A stretch of DNA of 64,000 bases from Hormiphora californensis (taxonomy: Eukaryota; Animalia; Ctenophora). Numbering within the stretch: position 1 is the stretch's first letter; each line of letters begins with the position of its first letter. Below the pieces are notes generated by a model, which was not told where the DNA came from, did no database searches, and saw only the letters and a program-made list of their open reading frames with translations. The stretch is from the NCBI GenBank assembly GCA_020137815.1, contig CM035353.1, positions 6,944,001-7,008,000 on the forward strand, in the 5' to 3' direction. Both the position numbers and the translations under genes were made by a program. Of this stretch, positions 33,996 through 46,700 are shown in pieces.

Positions 33996-36900
33996 TGGAA
34001 TGAGGGAGAGAGAGAGGTATAGAAAGAGCGTAATTAGAGTTTATACATTTCGTGCTATACAAGCTAAACACAATGTGATGTGTACACACATCTACAGAGA
34101 ACAAGCTTCTGATTCTGAAGAAATATCGAACCGACATGTACAAAGAACAACACACACAGTTATACTAGTGTTATACACAGTATAGCATTCTCTCTCATAG
34201 ATAGAGGGAATATAATCCCGGATAACCTTGATCTAGCGAACCCTAACAGAGGGTGCCCTTAGCCCTACCAGAAGCTTGTAATGAAATTACCCCTCCGCAA
34301 AAGCCAACAATATAATAACAGGGGTGACTTCGTAACCAATACTAGAAGTTGGTTTGTCGTGGACATTGTGCTATGTGCGCCTCAAATTTGAGCCACTTAA
34401 GGATAACCATGATAGATACTCCGGTAATGCAATCCCCTTGACCCGTATAATAACCCTGATAGATTAGATAATCTCCGGGTTATCATGAAAAATGTCTTTT
34501 ATCCACACTATATAGGGGGGGGGCCAAGGCCAAAAAAAGCCAAACCCGCCCTGAAATCCGGGTCTGATCTGGCTTTTTTTGATCTGGCTTTTTTTGGCTT
34601 TTTTTGATCTGGCTTTTTTTGGATCTGGCTTTTTTTGGCCTTTTTTGGCTTTTTTTGATCTGGCTTTTTTTGATTTGGCAGTTTTGATCTGGCTTTTTTT
34701 GGCTTTTTTTGATCTGGCTTTTTTTGATCTGGCTTTTTTTGGCTTTTTTTGATCTGGCTTTTTTTGGCTTTTTTTTATCTGGCTTTTTTTGGCTTTTTTT
34801 GATCTGGCTTTTTTTAAATCAAACTTTTTTCGGTAAAAAAATATTTCCCTATCGATATAAAATGATAAAACTAGATCAAAGAAGCCATTTTAAAGTGTTT
34901 TTAGTGTCATACAGACCATATAATGTCAGAATTACATGCCAAAATGACCAAAAAAGTAGGGCCAAAAAAGCCAAAAAAAGCCAAACCCGCCCTAAAATCC
35001 GGGATTGATCTGGCTTTTTTTGGCCTTGGCCCCCCCCCCATATACATGAGTGTTTAGTTCTGGGTATGTCATTCAGTGGTCCTAGAATGATGTTGTGACG
35101 AACAACCAATTCAGTTGATTTGTTCCTATTTCGGAAGATATTCCATCCTCTCCTGACCACGCAATGGAAAACAAAAAGAAAGACTCATATCAAAGAATTT
35201 ATCGGCAAATTTAGTTTTACAATACGTACAATTTTTTACTCTTTTCACTCACTGCTTTAAATTGTTCAACATACAGAATAAGAAAGTCCTCTTTACACCC
35301 GGCACAGTAGTACCAATTACCAAGTTACAGTGCTGCTTGTAGTGGGAATACGGTGTCTGAATAATACGGTATTTGACCATTACGGTTTCTGAAATACATA
35401 TGTATTTGAAATACATACAGTCGGACCCCGATTTACCGGGCCCCGATTTACCGGAACCCCAATTTACCGGGAGGATAAACTTCCCCCGATATGGGAAAAT
35501 AACGGTATTTGACCCCGATATACCGGGCACCCCGATTTACCGGGCAAAACCCTTTCCCCCGAGCATCCCGGTAAATCGGGGTCCGACTGTATATATTTCG
35601 GTATCACGTGTTGTCAATCTGGCGCTCTGATTGGTCTCGTCTTACCGTTTTTCACTGATACCGTGTTGAACCGATACTGTATTCTCACTACAAGCACCCA
35701 TGTAATACTACATACTTCCAGTCACATTAGTACCCTGCTGGAATAGAATCGTTCAATATACTCAATATAAACGCGATCTAGCAGGCTAATTGTTCAATAA
35801 TTGATTGGATATTGAGGTTCTTGCGCGATTTATTGTTCAATTTCACGTCAATATACCTCGATAAGACCACGATATATCGAGGACAATAGAACACATGGGA
35901 ATAATTGAACAATAAATCGCTCGGAAACCTCAATTATTGAACAATACTGCAATCGTGGTTTTATTGAGGTACATCGAGGTAAAATTGAACAATAAATCGC
36001 GCAAGAACCTCAATATCCAATCAATTATTGAACAATATGAGTGCTAAATCGCGGTCATATTGAGGATATTGAACGATTCTATTCCGGCAGGGTAGTTCAT
36101 ACGTCTATAATAGCACCGGCCACTCACTTTCGTCGGGTCGATCTATATGTTAGATCTTACCCTAACCGACCCTTTGATCGTACCCTAACCTCTCGAGCTC
36201 TTTCGTCTCCTAGTCGCTCGCTTTCGTCGGGTCGATCTTGTCTTACTCCTAGTCGCTCGCTTTCGTCGGGTCGATCTTGTCTTACTCCTAGTCGCTCGCT
36301 TTCGTCGGGTCGATCTTGTCCTACTCCTAGTCGCTCGCTTTCGTCGGGTCGATCTTGTCCTGGTCGCTCGCTTTTTTCGGGAAAGGCTTGAGACTTCATC
36401 ATCGTCATCATCGTCGTCATCATCGTCATCATCGTCATCATCATCGTCATCATCGTCATCATCACCTTCAGTAGAATCTTCATCATCATCATCATCATCA
36501 TCGTCGACTGTTTCTACCTCAGTAGAATTTCCACGGGCCGGGGCCATCATTCCACCTCCTCCGCCTCCTCGAGACATTCCTCCATTACCACGGCTGCTGC
36601 CCATAGACCCAGGAGCCGCGAGAACAGCTGCTACCACCAAAACGAGTAGAAACACAAAGAGACGCGGGAAAGTTGTCATGATTGGGAATGTTAATTGTGG
36701 TGGGAGATATCAGCTTTTAAATGGTTTGAAAAGTGAGAATGACATACCTTCACCCACGCACCAACTGCAGTAACAGTTTTTAAAAGTGAGTGAAGAGATT
36801 GAAAAATGAGGTCAACGAACAAAATAGATCAGGATTAGAATGTAGACAGTATTTTTTGTGTGCAAAACAAAGTAGCCAGATTTAAATGGGGGGAGTCTAG

Positions 36901-37600
36901 CACGATATTTATTCATGATACCCGGGCGGTATACGGTATGCTCAGCGTTTGGCTAAGTAAACATTAATCAAAAACAAAAAAGAACATTGTGGGTAACCAT
37001 ATAAAAATGACACAAAACTCAGCGAGAGATGAACGAAATGTGGAACTGAAGGAAGAAGAAGAAAAAGCGAATGGAGAACAACACACACACACTCTCTCTC
37101 CCTCTCTCTTTCTATTTATGATCACACATGACGGGCGGTATACGGTATGCTCAGCGTTTGGCTAAGTAAACATTAATCAAAAACAAAAAGAACATTGTGG
37201 GTAACCATATAAAAATGACACAAAACTCAGCGAGAGATGAACGAAATGTGGAACTGAAGGAAGAAGAAGAAAAAGCGAATGGAGAACAACACACACACAC
37301 TCTCTCTCTCCCTCTCTCTTTCTATTTATGATCACACATGACGGGCGGTATACGGTATGTTCAGCGTTTGGCTATAAGTAAACTTAATCAAAAACGAAAA
37401 AGAACAATGTGGGTACCATATAAAAAGGACACAAAACTCAGCGAGAGATGAACGAAATGTGGAACTGAAGGAAGAAGAAGAAAAAGCGAATGGAGAACAA
37501 CACACACACTCTCTCTCTCCCTCTCTCTTTCTATTTATAATCACACATGTGTCCTCCTTGGTGTAGGTGGATCAGGTGTCAACAGCTCTCTAACTTCTTC

Positions 37601-37664
<64 letters not shown>

Positions 37665-39332
37665 TCTCCTCCATACTACCACTACTACTACCACTAGTGC
37701 CTGGGCTTCCCTTGGAGCAGCTGCAGGGACTGAGTGTAGGTGTATCAGGTTTCACTTTCAGCAGCTCTATTCTGCAATTCTATTCTACACACACACGTAT
37801 TATGGCATTCCCTAAAACAAACGAACACCCCCCCCCCCCCCAGGCCCATGACAGCTCCCTTCCACTTTCCAGTTACCCCCACAGCTCCCTTCCAGTTACC
37901 AATGGTTATGGTGAATCTTATTCGATTTCAAAATCTAATCCTTTCCGGTACAGAGTGATGTGAGGTTGTAACCCTCTCTCCCTCTCTCTCTCTCTCTCTC
38001 TCTAGATTCAAGGGGACAGTATGTGAGGTTGTAACCCTGTCTCCCTCTCTCTCTAGATTCAAGGGGACTGTATGTGAGGTTAAAACCCTGTCTCTCTCTC
38101 TCTCTCTAGATTCAAGGGGACTGTATGTGAGGTAGCTGCAATCTAACCCTCCATCCCTCTCTAGATTCAAGGGGACAGTATGTGAGGTAGATACCGCGCC
38201 GTGTACAGATAACCCGTGTAGACATGATGGAACATGTCAGCAGTACGGTATAGACGGTGATTACACGTGTACCTGTGATGAGGCTTGGACTGGCAAGAAC
38301 TGTGAGGTACGTGTAGAATAATGTGTAATTGCCAGGTACTGTGATGATGAGGTAGGTGTGGAATAAGTTTTATTTTGGATCATCCCTGTGCTAACATATA
38401 TTTTTAAACCCTGTTACACATACCGAAATACTGCAAGCTCGGGTACCCATTACCCAATATCACTGGTACTCTATCTTATAATGCTGGTAGTTACCTGGGG
38501 AATAAGTTAATGTGTTGCCAGGTTCGGTGCGTGCAACAACTTTAGGACTGTGGGGTAGGGAACTAATTAATGGAAGGTTTTCAGAGTACTCTAATTATCC
38601 GGGTTCTAGATGTATATCTTCTCTAATATGAACTTTTGAAGGTACCGCTAACGTGTGAAGGGGAGCCGTGTGGTACGAATGGAAAGTGTAGGACAGTGGC
38701 GGGTGTGGTGTCCTGTCATTGTGACAAAACATGGACTGGACCAACATGTGAACAGGTGAAATTATTATATCTGTATATTATAGTTAATTATCCCGCCAAT
38801 TAGTTTGATTAGTTCAGCTCAATTTCATAAATCAGCTCACCATTACCCCCTTCTACACCAGGTTGACTGTGAGGCATGCGAGCACGGCCGATGTACCCCC
38901 GATGGACGATGTGTGTGTAACCATGGTTACACCGGTCACACCTGCACCATAGAGGAGGGAGCGATGACTGACGGGACAACTTCAGCAGCACCCCTCAAAT
39001 CCTGGGTGATTGTCCTGGCAGCGGTGTTGGGGACCATCCTCCTGCTAGTGGTGGTGGTGGTGTGGAGGTGCAGGGCAAGGTGTTTTGGGGGTGGTAACAC
39101 CCAGGGTGGTGGTGGTGTCAAGTATGGAGAGGTGACACCCGGAGGAGGAGGACAACAGCAGCCATATCAGACAATGAATTATCAGCAGGGGGGACCCCAT
39201 GACAAACTGTTTACCCCAGATTACCATGCTGGTTACCATGGTAACTATGGGGGAGGAGGCGGTTACAATATGTTGGAGATGGCTGAATTGGCCGGGTCAA
39301 CAGAAACGTTAGATTACGAAATTAAAGTTTAA
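20949..39332 (+). CDS. Fat-like atypical cadherin, 3' part: cadherin repeats, many EGF repeats, two laminin-G domains, TM helix, short cytoplasmic tail
   Basis: Approximate exons 20949-21084, 21283-21400, 21661-21856, 22042-22930, 23084-23500, 23630-23751, 23924-24047, 25306-25458, 25595-25722, 25982-26116, 26202-26338, 26454-26600, 26716-26890, 27151-27301, 27440-27597, 27730-27848, 28079-28351, 28496-28618, 28826-28939, 29138-29276, 30229-30341, 38166-38306, 38642-38755, 38862-39332. Motifs: [84 protein letters not shown], end EIKV*. Confidence 0.9.
24150..25320 (+). repeat. Intronic minisatellite (25-33 bp unit, roughly 40 copies) CTC(T/C)CAG|GCCAATGAACATCC
   Basis: The unit equals the acceptor plus the first exon bases of the 25306 exon. 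Confidence 0.95.
28961..29112. repeat. (GACA)n microsatellite
   Basis: Direct reading. Confidence 0.95.
30518..30720. repeat. Perfect ~69-bp inverted repeat (30518-30586 / 30652-30720) heading a probable interspersed element
   Basis: attataccaaaac...ctttggcac / gtgccaaag...gttttggtataat. Confidence 0.85.
31861..33680 (-). CDS. LURP-one-related (LOR, Tubby C-like/scramblase fold) protein, 253 aa, nested antisense in the cadherin intron
   Basis: Exons 33680-33486, 33124-33030, 32893-32747, 32185-31861 join in frame (762 nt). N-terminal VFGPQFC..VQLVLRE...NNFQISD..G..WFAV and C-terminal [26 protein letters not shown] match LURP1 family motifs. His-rich tail. Confidence 0.85.
34514..35039. mobile_element. 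MITE with poly-G/poly-C termini and internal (GATCTGGCTTTTTTT)n subrepeats
   Basis: GGGGGGGGGCCAAGGCCAAAAAAAGCCA ... TGGCTTTTTTTGGCCTTGGCCCCCCCCC. Confidence 0.8.
35418..35589. mobile_element. pogo/Tigger-type MITE; related copies or fragments at ~27331, 30180, 32265, 33384-33466, 55460-55570, 57290-57438
   Basis: ta|CAGTCGGACCCCGATTTACCGGG ... CCCGGTAAATCGGGGTCCGACTG|ta. Confidence 0.9.
35733..36092. mobile_element. Palindromic MITE with TA TSD
   Basis: ta|CCCTGCTGGAATAGAATCGTTCAATAT ... ATATTGAACGATTCTATTCCGGCAGGG|ta. Confidence 0.85.
36185..36679 (-). CDS. Secreted prepropeptide: signal peptide, Gly-rich linker, poly-Asp region, tandem Arg-rich 13-aa repeats separated by R(K/R)KR sites
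   Basis: ATG-initiated 164-aa ORF: [21 protein letters not shown], then Asp runs, then [29 protein letters not shown]-([13 protein letters not shown])x2. Confidence 0.75.
   Translation of the reverse strand: MTTFPRLFVFLLVLVVAAVLAAPGSMGSSRGNGGMSRGGGGGGMMAPARGNSTEVETVDDDDDDDDEDSTEGDDDDDDDDDDDDDDDDDDDDDDEVSSLSRKKRATRTRSTRRKRATRSRTRSTRRKRATRSKTRSTRRKRATRSKTRSTRRKRATRRRKSSRG
36923..37547. repeat. Three tandem copies of a ~210-bp unit upstream of the prepropeptide gene
   Basis: gggcggtatacggtatg...tctatttat.atcacacatg three times. Confidence 0.9.
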
Positions 39333-39379
39333 TAGTACGATTATAGTTTTATGTTTTTATAAAGTCATGTTTTTGCAGT

Positions 39380-42300
39380 TTATTTAGGTGCCGGCAGGCA
39401 CCTCCGACCCGAAGAAAACAGAAAAAACGAAAAAAAAAATTTTTGCCCCTGCACCAAATCCAAAAAGTGACGGCCCTATTTAGGTGCCGGCAGGCACCTC
39501 CGACCCGAAGAAAACAGAAAAAACGAAAAAAAAAATTTTTGCCCCTGCACCAAATCCAAAAAGTGACGGCCCTATATAGCAGAAGAATAGAAGATTTTCG
39601 GGGGGGGGGGGGGGGGGGGGGGGCAAATTTCAGGCAGCGATTGCGGCCACATCGTTTGAGATATCGACCTGAAATTTTGTAGGCATGTTCTAGTAGTATA
39701 ACTACGTGTCATAACGTGGCCGGATTTTTGATTTTTTAATTAATTAATTAATTATAAGCTATCAAAATTTGCCCCTGCACATTGCCCCTGTACATTTCGA
39801 TTTTTTGCCCCTGCACGCGTGCCCCTGCACACGGTTTATCTTCCGTTCTGCTTGAAATATCGACTTGAAACTTTGTAGGAATGTTCTTCAATCATAAAAA
39901 ATGATATTCGAAAAGTGGGAGTATTGAAAATTAATTAATTAATTAGTTATAGGCATGCAAAAATTGACTTTTTTAGGGCCCCCTGCACTTTTTTTGAAAA
40001 TGTACAGGGGCAAATACCCCTGCACATTTTTTGCAATTTTGATATTCAAACTGTGGCCAAACTGTTTGTTTTTTCGAAATGAAACTTTGTATGCATGTTC
40101 TAGTAGTATAACTACGAGTCATAAAAAGGCTGGATTTCTTATTTTTAATTTAACTAATTAATTATAAGTAATTAAAATTTTGCCCCTGCACCATCTTTCC
40201 CCTGCACCGCTGATTTCGACCCCCTGCACATTTCCTGAACAAGGCAACTAAAAATGGTATATTTTCTGTTCTGCTATAAATAACGACCTAAAATTTTGTA
40301 GTAATGTAGTTCATGCATATAGAAAGATCGACAAAAAGTGGGAATAGTCAAAATTAATTATCCAATTAATTATAAGTAATTAAAATTTTGCCCCTGCACA
40401 ATTTTGTTTGCCCCTGCACAATTTTTGCAACTTTGATATTCAAACTGTGGCCACACCGTTTGAAATTTCGAAATGAAACTTTGTATGTATGTTCTAGTAG
40501 TATAAATACGAGTCATAACGGAGCCGGATTTTTGATTTTCTAATTAATTAATTAATAATAATCAATTAAAACTTTTGCCCCTGCACAGTTTTGGCAAATT
40601 TGATATTCAAACTTTGAGCCTTTGTGAAAGTTTCATACAGTTGCTGGCGATAGACTCGATAGAGTTCGATTAATTTACCATGACAACGGAGTTGGTTACC
40701 ATAGTAACCAGGGAATTCGTTGTAAAATAGTCCTTTCTTGCTATAAACAATATAGTTAACGTGTAGCGCACGCCACAAAAGTTTTAAATTTAAGTTTTTG
40801 GGTGAAAAATAAATGGACTTTAACAATCGAAACAAAGTGTGCCATTAGATCCTGAACCGAGAAACGAATATTTGTCAAATCGAATTTTGTTTAATGCGCC
40901 CCCGGTTCCCATTATTAAATATCGGACTGTATGTTAGCAACTTCGGGTCGGACGAGGGGAAGCTTGCCTTTTGCGAACATATATACAAAGAATAGAAGAT
41001 TTTCGGGGGGGGGGGGGGGGGGGGGGGCAAATTTCAGGCAGCGATTGCGGCCACATCGTTTGAGATATCGACCTGAAATTTTGTAGGCATGTTCTAGTAG
41101 TATAACTACGTGTCATAACGTGGCCGGATTTTTGATTTTTTAATTAATTAATTAATTATAAGCTATCAAAATTTGCCCCTGCACATTGCCCCTGTACATT
41201 TCGATTTTTTGCCCCTGCACGCGTGCCCCTGCACACGGTTTATCTTCCGTTCTGCTTGAAATATCGACTTGAAACTTTGTAGGAATGTTCTTCAATCATA
41301 AAAAATGATATTCGAAAAGTGGGAGTATTGAAAATTAATTAATTAATTAGTTATAGGCATGCAAAAATGGACTTTTTTAGGGCCCCCTGCACTTTTTTTG
41401 AAAATGTACAGGGGCAAATACCCCTGCACATTTTTTGCAATTTTGATATTCAAACTGTGGCCAAACCGTTTGTTTTTTCGAAATGAAACTTTGTATGCAT
41501 GTTCTAGTAGTATAACTACGAGTCATAAAAAGGCTGGATTTCTTATTTTTAATTTAACTAATTAATTATAAGTAATTAAAATTTTGCCCCTGCACCATCT
41601 TTCCCCTGCACCGCTGATTTCGACCCCCTGCACATTTCCTGAACAAGGCAACTAAAAATGGTATATTTTCTGTTCTGCTATAAATAACGACCTAACATTT
41701 TGTAGTAATGTAGTTCATGCATATAGAAAGATCGACAAAAAGTGGGAATAGTCAAAATTAATTATCCAATTAATTATAAGCAATTAAAATTTTGCCCCTG
41801 CACATTTTGCCCCTGTACATTTGCGGCAAATGTTGCCCCTGCACATTTTCGGTAAATTTGATATTCGAACTGTGGCCACACCGTTTGATATTTCGAAATG
41901 AGACTTTGCATGCATGTTCTAGTGGTATAACTACGAGTCATAAAAGAGCCGGATTTCTGATTTTTTAATTAATTAATTAATTATAAGTAATTAAAACTTT
42001 TGCCCCTGCACAATTTTGTTTGCCCCTGCACATTTTTTGCAACTTTGATATTCAAACTGTGGCCAAACCGTTTGTTTTTTCGAAATGAAACTGTGTATGT
42101 ATGTTCTAGTAGTATAACTACGAGTCATAACGGAGCCGGATTTTTGATTTTCTAATTAATAAATTAGTAATAATCAATTAAAAATTTTGCCCCTGCACCA
42201 ATTTGCGCCTACACAAATTTGATATTCAAACTTTGAGCCTTTGTGAAAGTAATGAAAATTATTTATTTCAGGTTATGATGAACAATAAGCTATAAAAATG

Positions 42301-42772
42301 CCCCTTTTTGTTACACAAGCCTGTGCTTGGTATCGAAGACACCTCACACTCTGTCGCCGGGCGACCTTTGCACGCGCTGGCAAGGGGTAACTTCGTAACC
42401 AAAGCCTGTGCATTGTGCACAATGAAATGGATAAATTTCATCCAGTGGCTGGCGGTAGAACTTGAGCACCTCTAAAACAAATAAGAGCATCAACTTAATT
42501 AATTATTTATTAACGTGGTGAGATAAGAAATTGATTTTGTTCTGCTCCCACTAACTACAAGGGCATTTCACATTTTGGTGCCATTATTTTTGTCTCTATT
42601 TTTGATAGGATTTACAATTTTATTTTGGTATTAGACTGAATGTATGGGATTAGATCATTTGAGAAGTAGTGAAGATTTGAAATATGTTAGCAACTTGCCG
42701 GTTCGACAAACTAAACCCATATGATTCCAACTTCGGGTCGGACGAGGGGAAGCTTGCCTTTTGCGAACATAT
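39380..42772. mobile_element. Composite Helentron/DINE-1-like non-autonomous repeat: 94-bp head duplication, ~1404-bp tandem duplication, many CCCCTGCAC subrepeats
   Basis: TCCGACCCGAAG near the start (~39403, 39497) is inverted as CTTCGGGTCGGA at ~40941 and ~42731. Identical ORFs occur at 39955 and 41359. The superfamily assignment is inference. Confidence 0.55.
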
Positions 42773-43599
42773 CTTACACAATTTATATATATTAAAGATG
42801 ATGAGTAAGTTATACCCCTTACTCAACAACATTCAAGCGAGATAAGCATTCAAGAATATATGTTGACTTTTACGCGGCCTATCCAAAACAGTAACTGAGA
42901 CTCGGTGAGAGAAGAACGGAGATTATTTTATCAATAATTATGCTCTGGATAACATACCATAAAGCCATATTGTGTCCGTTTTTTTCCAAATATTATGCTG
43001 CTCGGCTGAATCTTGTGTAACTGTGTAGTACTGTATTATTTCTAACGTGCTTTAATTCACTGGAATAGTTTATTTAACTGAGCACCCCGTGCCTGAACAA
43101 AGTTTAACCTCGGAGTGTGTGTGAGTGTGTGCGAGAGAGAGAATGTGTGTGTGAATGTGAATGTGTGTGTGAGTGTTTTATATTCTCAGTGCTCAGAGTT
43201 TTTGTGAGATTTTCAGTATTTATTTATCTTGAGTTTAGTAGATTAGATAGAAGTATATTTAGTAGCTAGTTATATATGTTAACAGAACATATATTGTGGT
43301 GTTTTATTATTGTTTTGACAGTTATAAATATACAGCTACAACGTTATTTGTGCTTTGAAAATATATCTCGTTTTATTTGGACCCGGGATCAACCACTGAA
43401 CGCACAGACAGAGTTATCATGTTAACCACGGGCAGAGTTTGAGAGTTATCTCATCCTCTCCGCACTGGGCCGAAGCTTGGTTACGAAATAACCCCTCCCT
43501 TGCCAGCGCCATGTTAAAGTTCCAAGGGCAGAACTGCTTTCTGTTTCACTTTTCGTCGCGCGCGCGGTTGATATATCTCTGAATTGCAATTTTCTCACA

Positions 43600-43672
43600 G
43601 CCGAAATAGCTCAGTTGGGAGAGCGTTAGACTGAAGATCTAAATGTCCCTGGTTCGATCCCGGGTTTCGGCA
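43600..43672 (+). tRNA. tRNA-Phe (GAA)
   Basis: GCCGAAATAGCTCAGTTGGGAGAGCGTTAGACTGAAGATCTAAATGTCCCTGGTTCGATCCCGGGTTTCGGCA; canonical cloverleaf followed by an oligo-T Pol III terminator. Confidence 0.97.
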
Positions 43673-43754
43673 ACTTTTTTACTTTTATTAACTTCCCCCA
43701 GTTTTTACCTTATTTCCCTTAAAAATAAATAATCTATGATCTTTTACATTAGCT

Positions 43755-46700
43755 ATGATAATAAGGTTGATCTGCAGAAGAAGCCATGGCCGGGGACTAA
43801 ATGGGATCAGGGCTCTATCAGTTTCGGACGAGGAGGTCTTCAAGAAACTAGACCAAGATAATAACAAACGGTAGGTAAAAAGTCCCCCCTCCCCCGTAAT
43901 ACTATATTGGTAGTGAGTTGTTAAAATGTCTTGTTGCCATGACTATACACTGTATAGTCATGGCAACAAGACATTTTAACAACTGTATAGTATACAGTAT
44001 TCATGACTTGTTCCCATGACTACATGTCTGGTTGCCATGACTACATGTCTTGTTGCCATGACCACATGTCTGGTTGCCATGACTACATGTTTTGTTGCCA
44101 TGACTACATGTCTGGTTGCCATGACTACATGTCTGGTTGCCATGACTACATGTCTTGTTGCCATGACTACATGTCTTGTTGCCATGACTACATGTCTGGT
44201 TGCCATGACTACATGTCTTGTTGCCATGACTACATGTCTTGTTGCCATGACTACATGTCTGGTTGCCATGACTACATGTCTGGTTGCCATGACTACATGT
44301 CTGGTTGCCATGACTACATGTCTTGTTGCCATGACTACATGTCTTGTTGCCATGACTACATGTCTTGTTGCCATGACTACATGTCTTGTTGCCATGACTT
44401 CATGTCTTGTTGCCATGACTACTCCACTTCAGACCGGTGCAGGAGGAAGAGGAGAAGTTAGTCAGTGGAGTGGGACACTGCGTGGATGTGGTTCGGAGAC
44501 ATGATTATGAGAACTTTCTGTGCACCCTAGTTGCACCAACTACTGCAAGGTATGAAACATGCATGTTTTAATGCATACCTACTGTATATTACTCCTTCTT
44601 GTCCTTACTAATTGTACATCCGTGTCCCTAATCCATGCATGGTCCATGCATTCACGTGCAACTATATGATGCAACTGTCAGAGCATTGGCCTGACCCATT
44701 CTCGTTTCTCGGAGCGCGCGAGAACTGTGGTCAGAGCATTGGCCTGACAGTGATGCAATGGGACCCATGGTTTGGTGACATAGACACCTGGCGCGACCCC
44801 CGCACACACGTGTGCGGGGGTCGCGCCAGGTGTCTATGTCACCAAATCCATGGTCACTCATGTACCGCGGTAGATGTTGATAGTTTCAAATACATATGAT
44901 TCCTTCAGGCGACCCCTGATGGGATTGCGAGCATTCAATGTAGAGATCTCTAAAGCCTCAATAACTCCCTTCTCAACTCCGGAAGAAAAGGTACAGATGC
45001 ATGTTTTGAATTACAACATGGTAACTAAAACTGACGCGGAGAGGTCACGAAAAAAAAACTAAAATCGGCATTTCTTAAAAATATTTTCTAACATGTTTTC
45101 TCCCAGCAGCTAACATGTTTTCTCCCCCATCTCAAAGAAGATTCAGCAACTCAAGTTGGCGTGGTGGCGAAGAACTTTGGATGACATTTATAAGGGGAGG
45201 CACGTGAATACCCCTGTTGCTGTGGAATTGGCACACGCTGTGAGGAAGCATAAACTAAGTAAAGGTCAGTTTTAAAGGGTTACCATGGTTACCATACACT
45301 TAGTAACGGTCAGTTGTGACGGGTATTTTTACCATGGATAACATTACCTGAGCAAGTGTAATTTACCCAACTGTACATTATTTCACAGGTTTTCTGGTGA
45401 AATTGATAGATGGAAGATCAAGAGGAGTGAGATACAATTCCCTACACGATGTAGAAAAGGCCGCCGACTTATCCTTCTCCCCTGTCCTCTATCTTACTCT
45501 AGAGGTAATATTGCATTTGTATCATATAAGACCGTCCTCTCCGCACCGAATGCCCGCGTGCGGCTACGTGAGACCGCGTAGTGTGTGGTTAGTGGTTACA
45601 CAAACGAATGATCAGGTGAATCAGCCCAGTAATACCTGAAACCAAACCAAACCAAACCAAACCAAACCAGACCAAACCAAACCAAACCAAACCAAACCAA
45701 ACCAAACCAAACCAAACCAAACCAAACCAAACCAAACCAGACCAAACCAAACCAAACCAAACCAAACCAAACCAAACCAAACCAAACCAAACTAAACCAA
45801 ACCAAACCCGACCAAACCAAACCAAACCGCACAAAACCAAACCAAACCAAACCAAACCAAATCAAACCAAACCAAATCAAACCAAACCAAACCAAACCAA
45901 ACCAAGCCAAGCCAAACCAAACCAAACCAGACAAAACCAAACTGTCAGAGCATTGGCCTGACCCTATTCTCATTTCTCTCAGCGCGCGAGAACTGTGGTC
46001 AGAGCATTGGCCTGACAGAAACCAAACCAAACCAAACCAAACCAAATCAAACCAAACCAAACCAAACCAGACAAAACCAAACCAAACCAAATCAAACCAA
46101 ACCAAACCAAACTAGACCAAACCAAACCAAACCAAACCAAACCGGACCAAACCAAACCAAACCAAACCGGACCAAACCGGACCAAACCAAACCGGCAAAC
46201 CAAACCAAACCAAACCGGACCAAACCAAACCAAACCAAACCAAACCAAACCAAACAAGACCAAACCAAACCAAACCAAACCAAACCGGACCAAACCAAAC
46301 CAAACCAAACCAAACCAAACAAGACCAAACCAAACCAAACCAAACAAGACCAAACCAAACAAGACCAAACCAAACCAAACAAGACCAAACCAAACCAAAC
46401 CAAACCAAACAAGACCAAACCAAACAAGACCAAACCAAACCAAACAAGACCAAACCAAACAAGACCAAACCAAACAAGACCAAACCAAACCAAACAAGAC
46501 CAAACCAAACAAGACCAAACCAAACCAAACAAGACCAAACCAAACCAAACAAGACCAAACCAAACCAAACCAAACCAAACAAGACCAAACAAGACCATTG
46601 GTCTCAGACCAAACCAAACCACTATAATAGACAACAACCTATGTTTTCAGATTCTGGGGCACAGGTCAGTAGATGCAGACCATGCTGCTTCCCACCTGGG

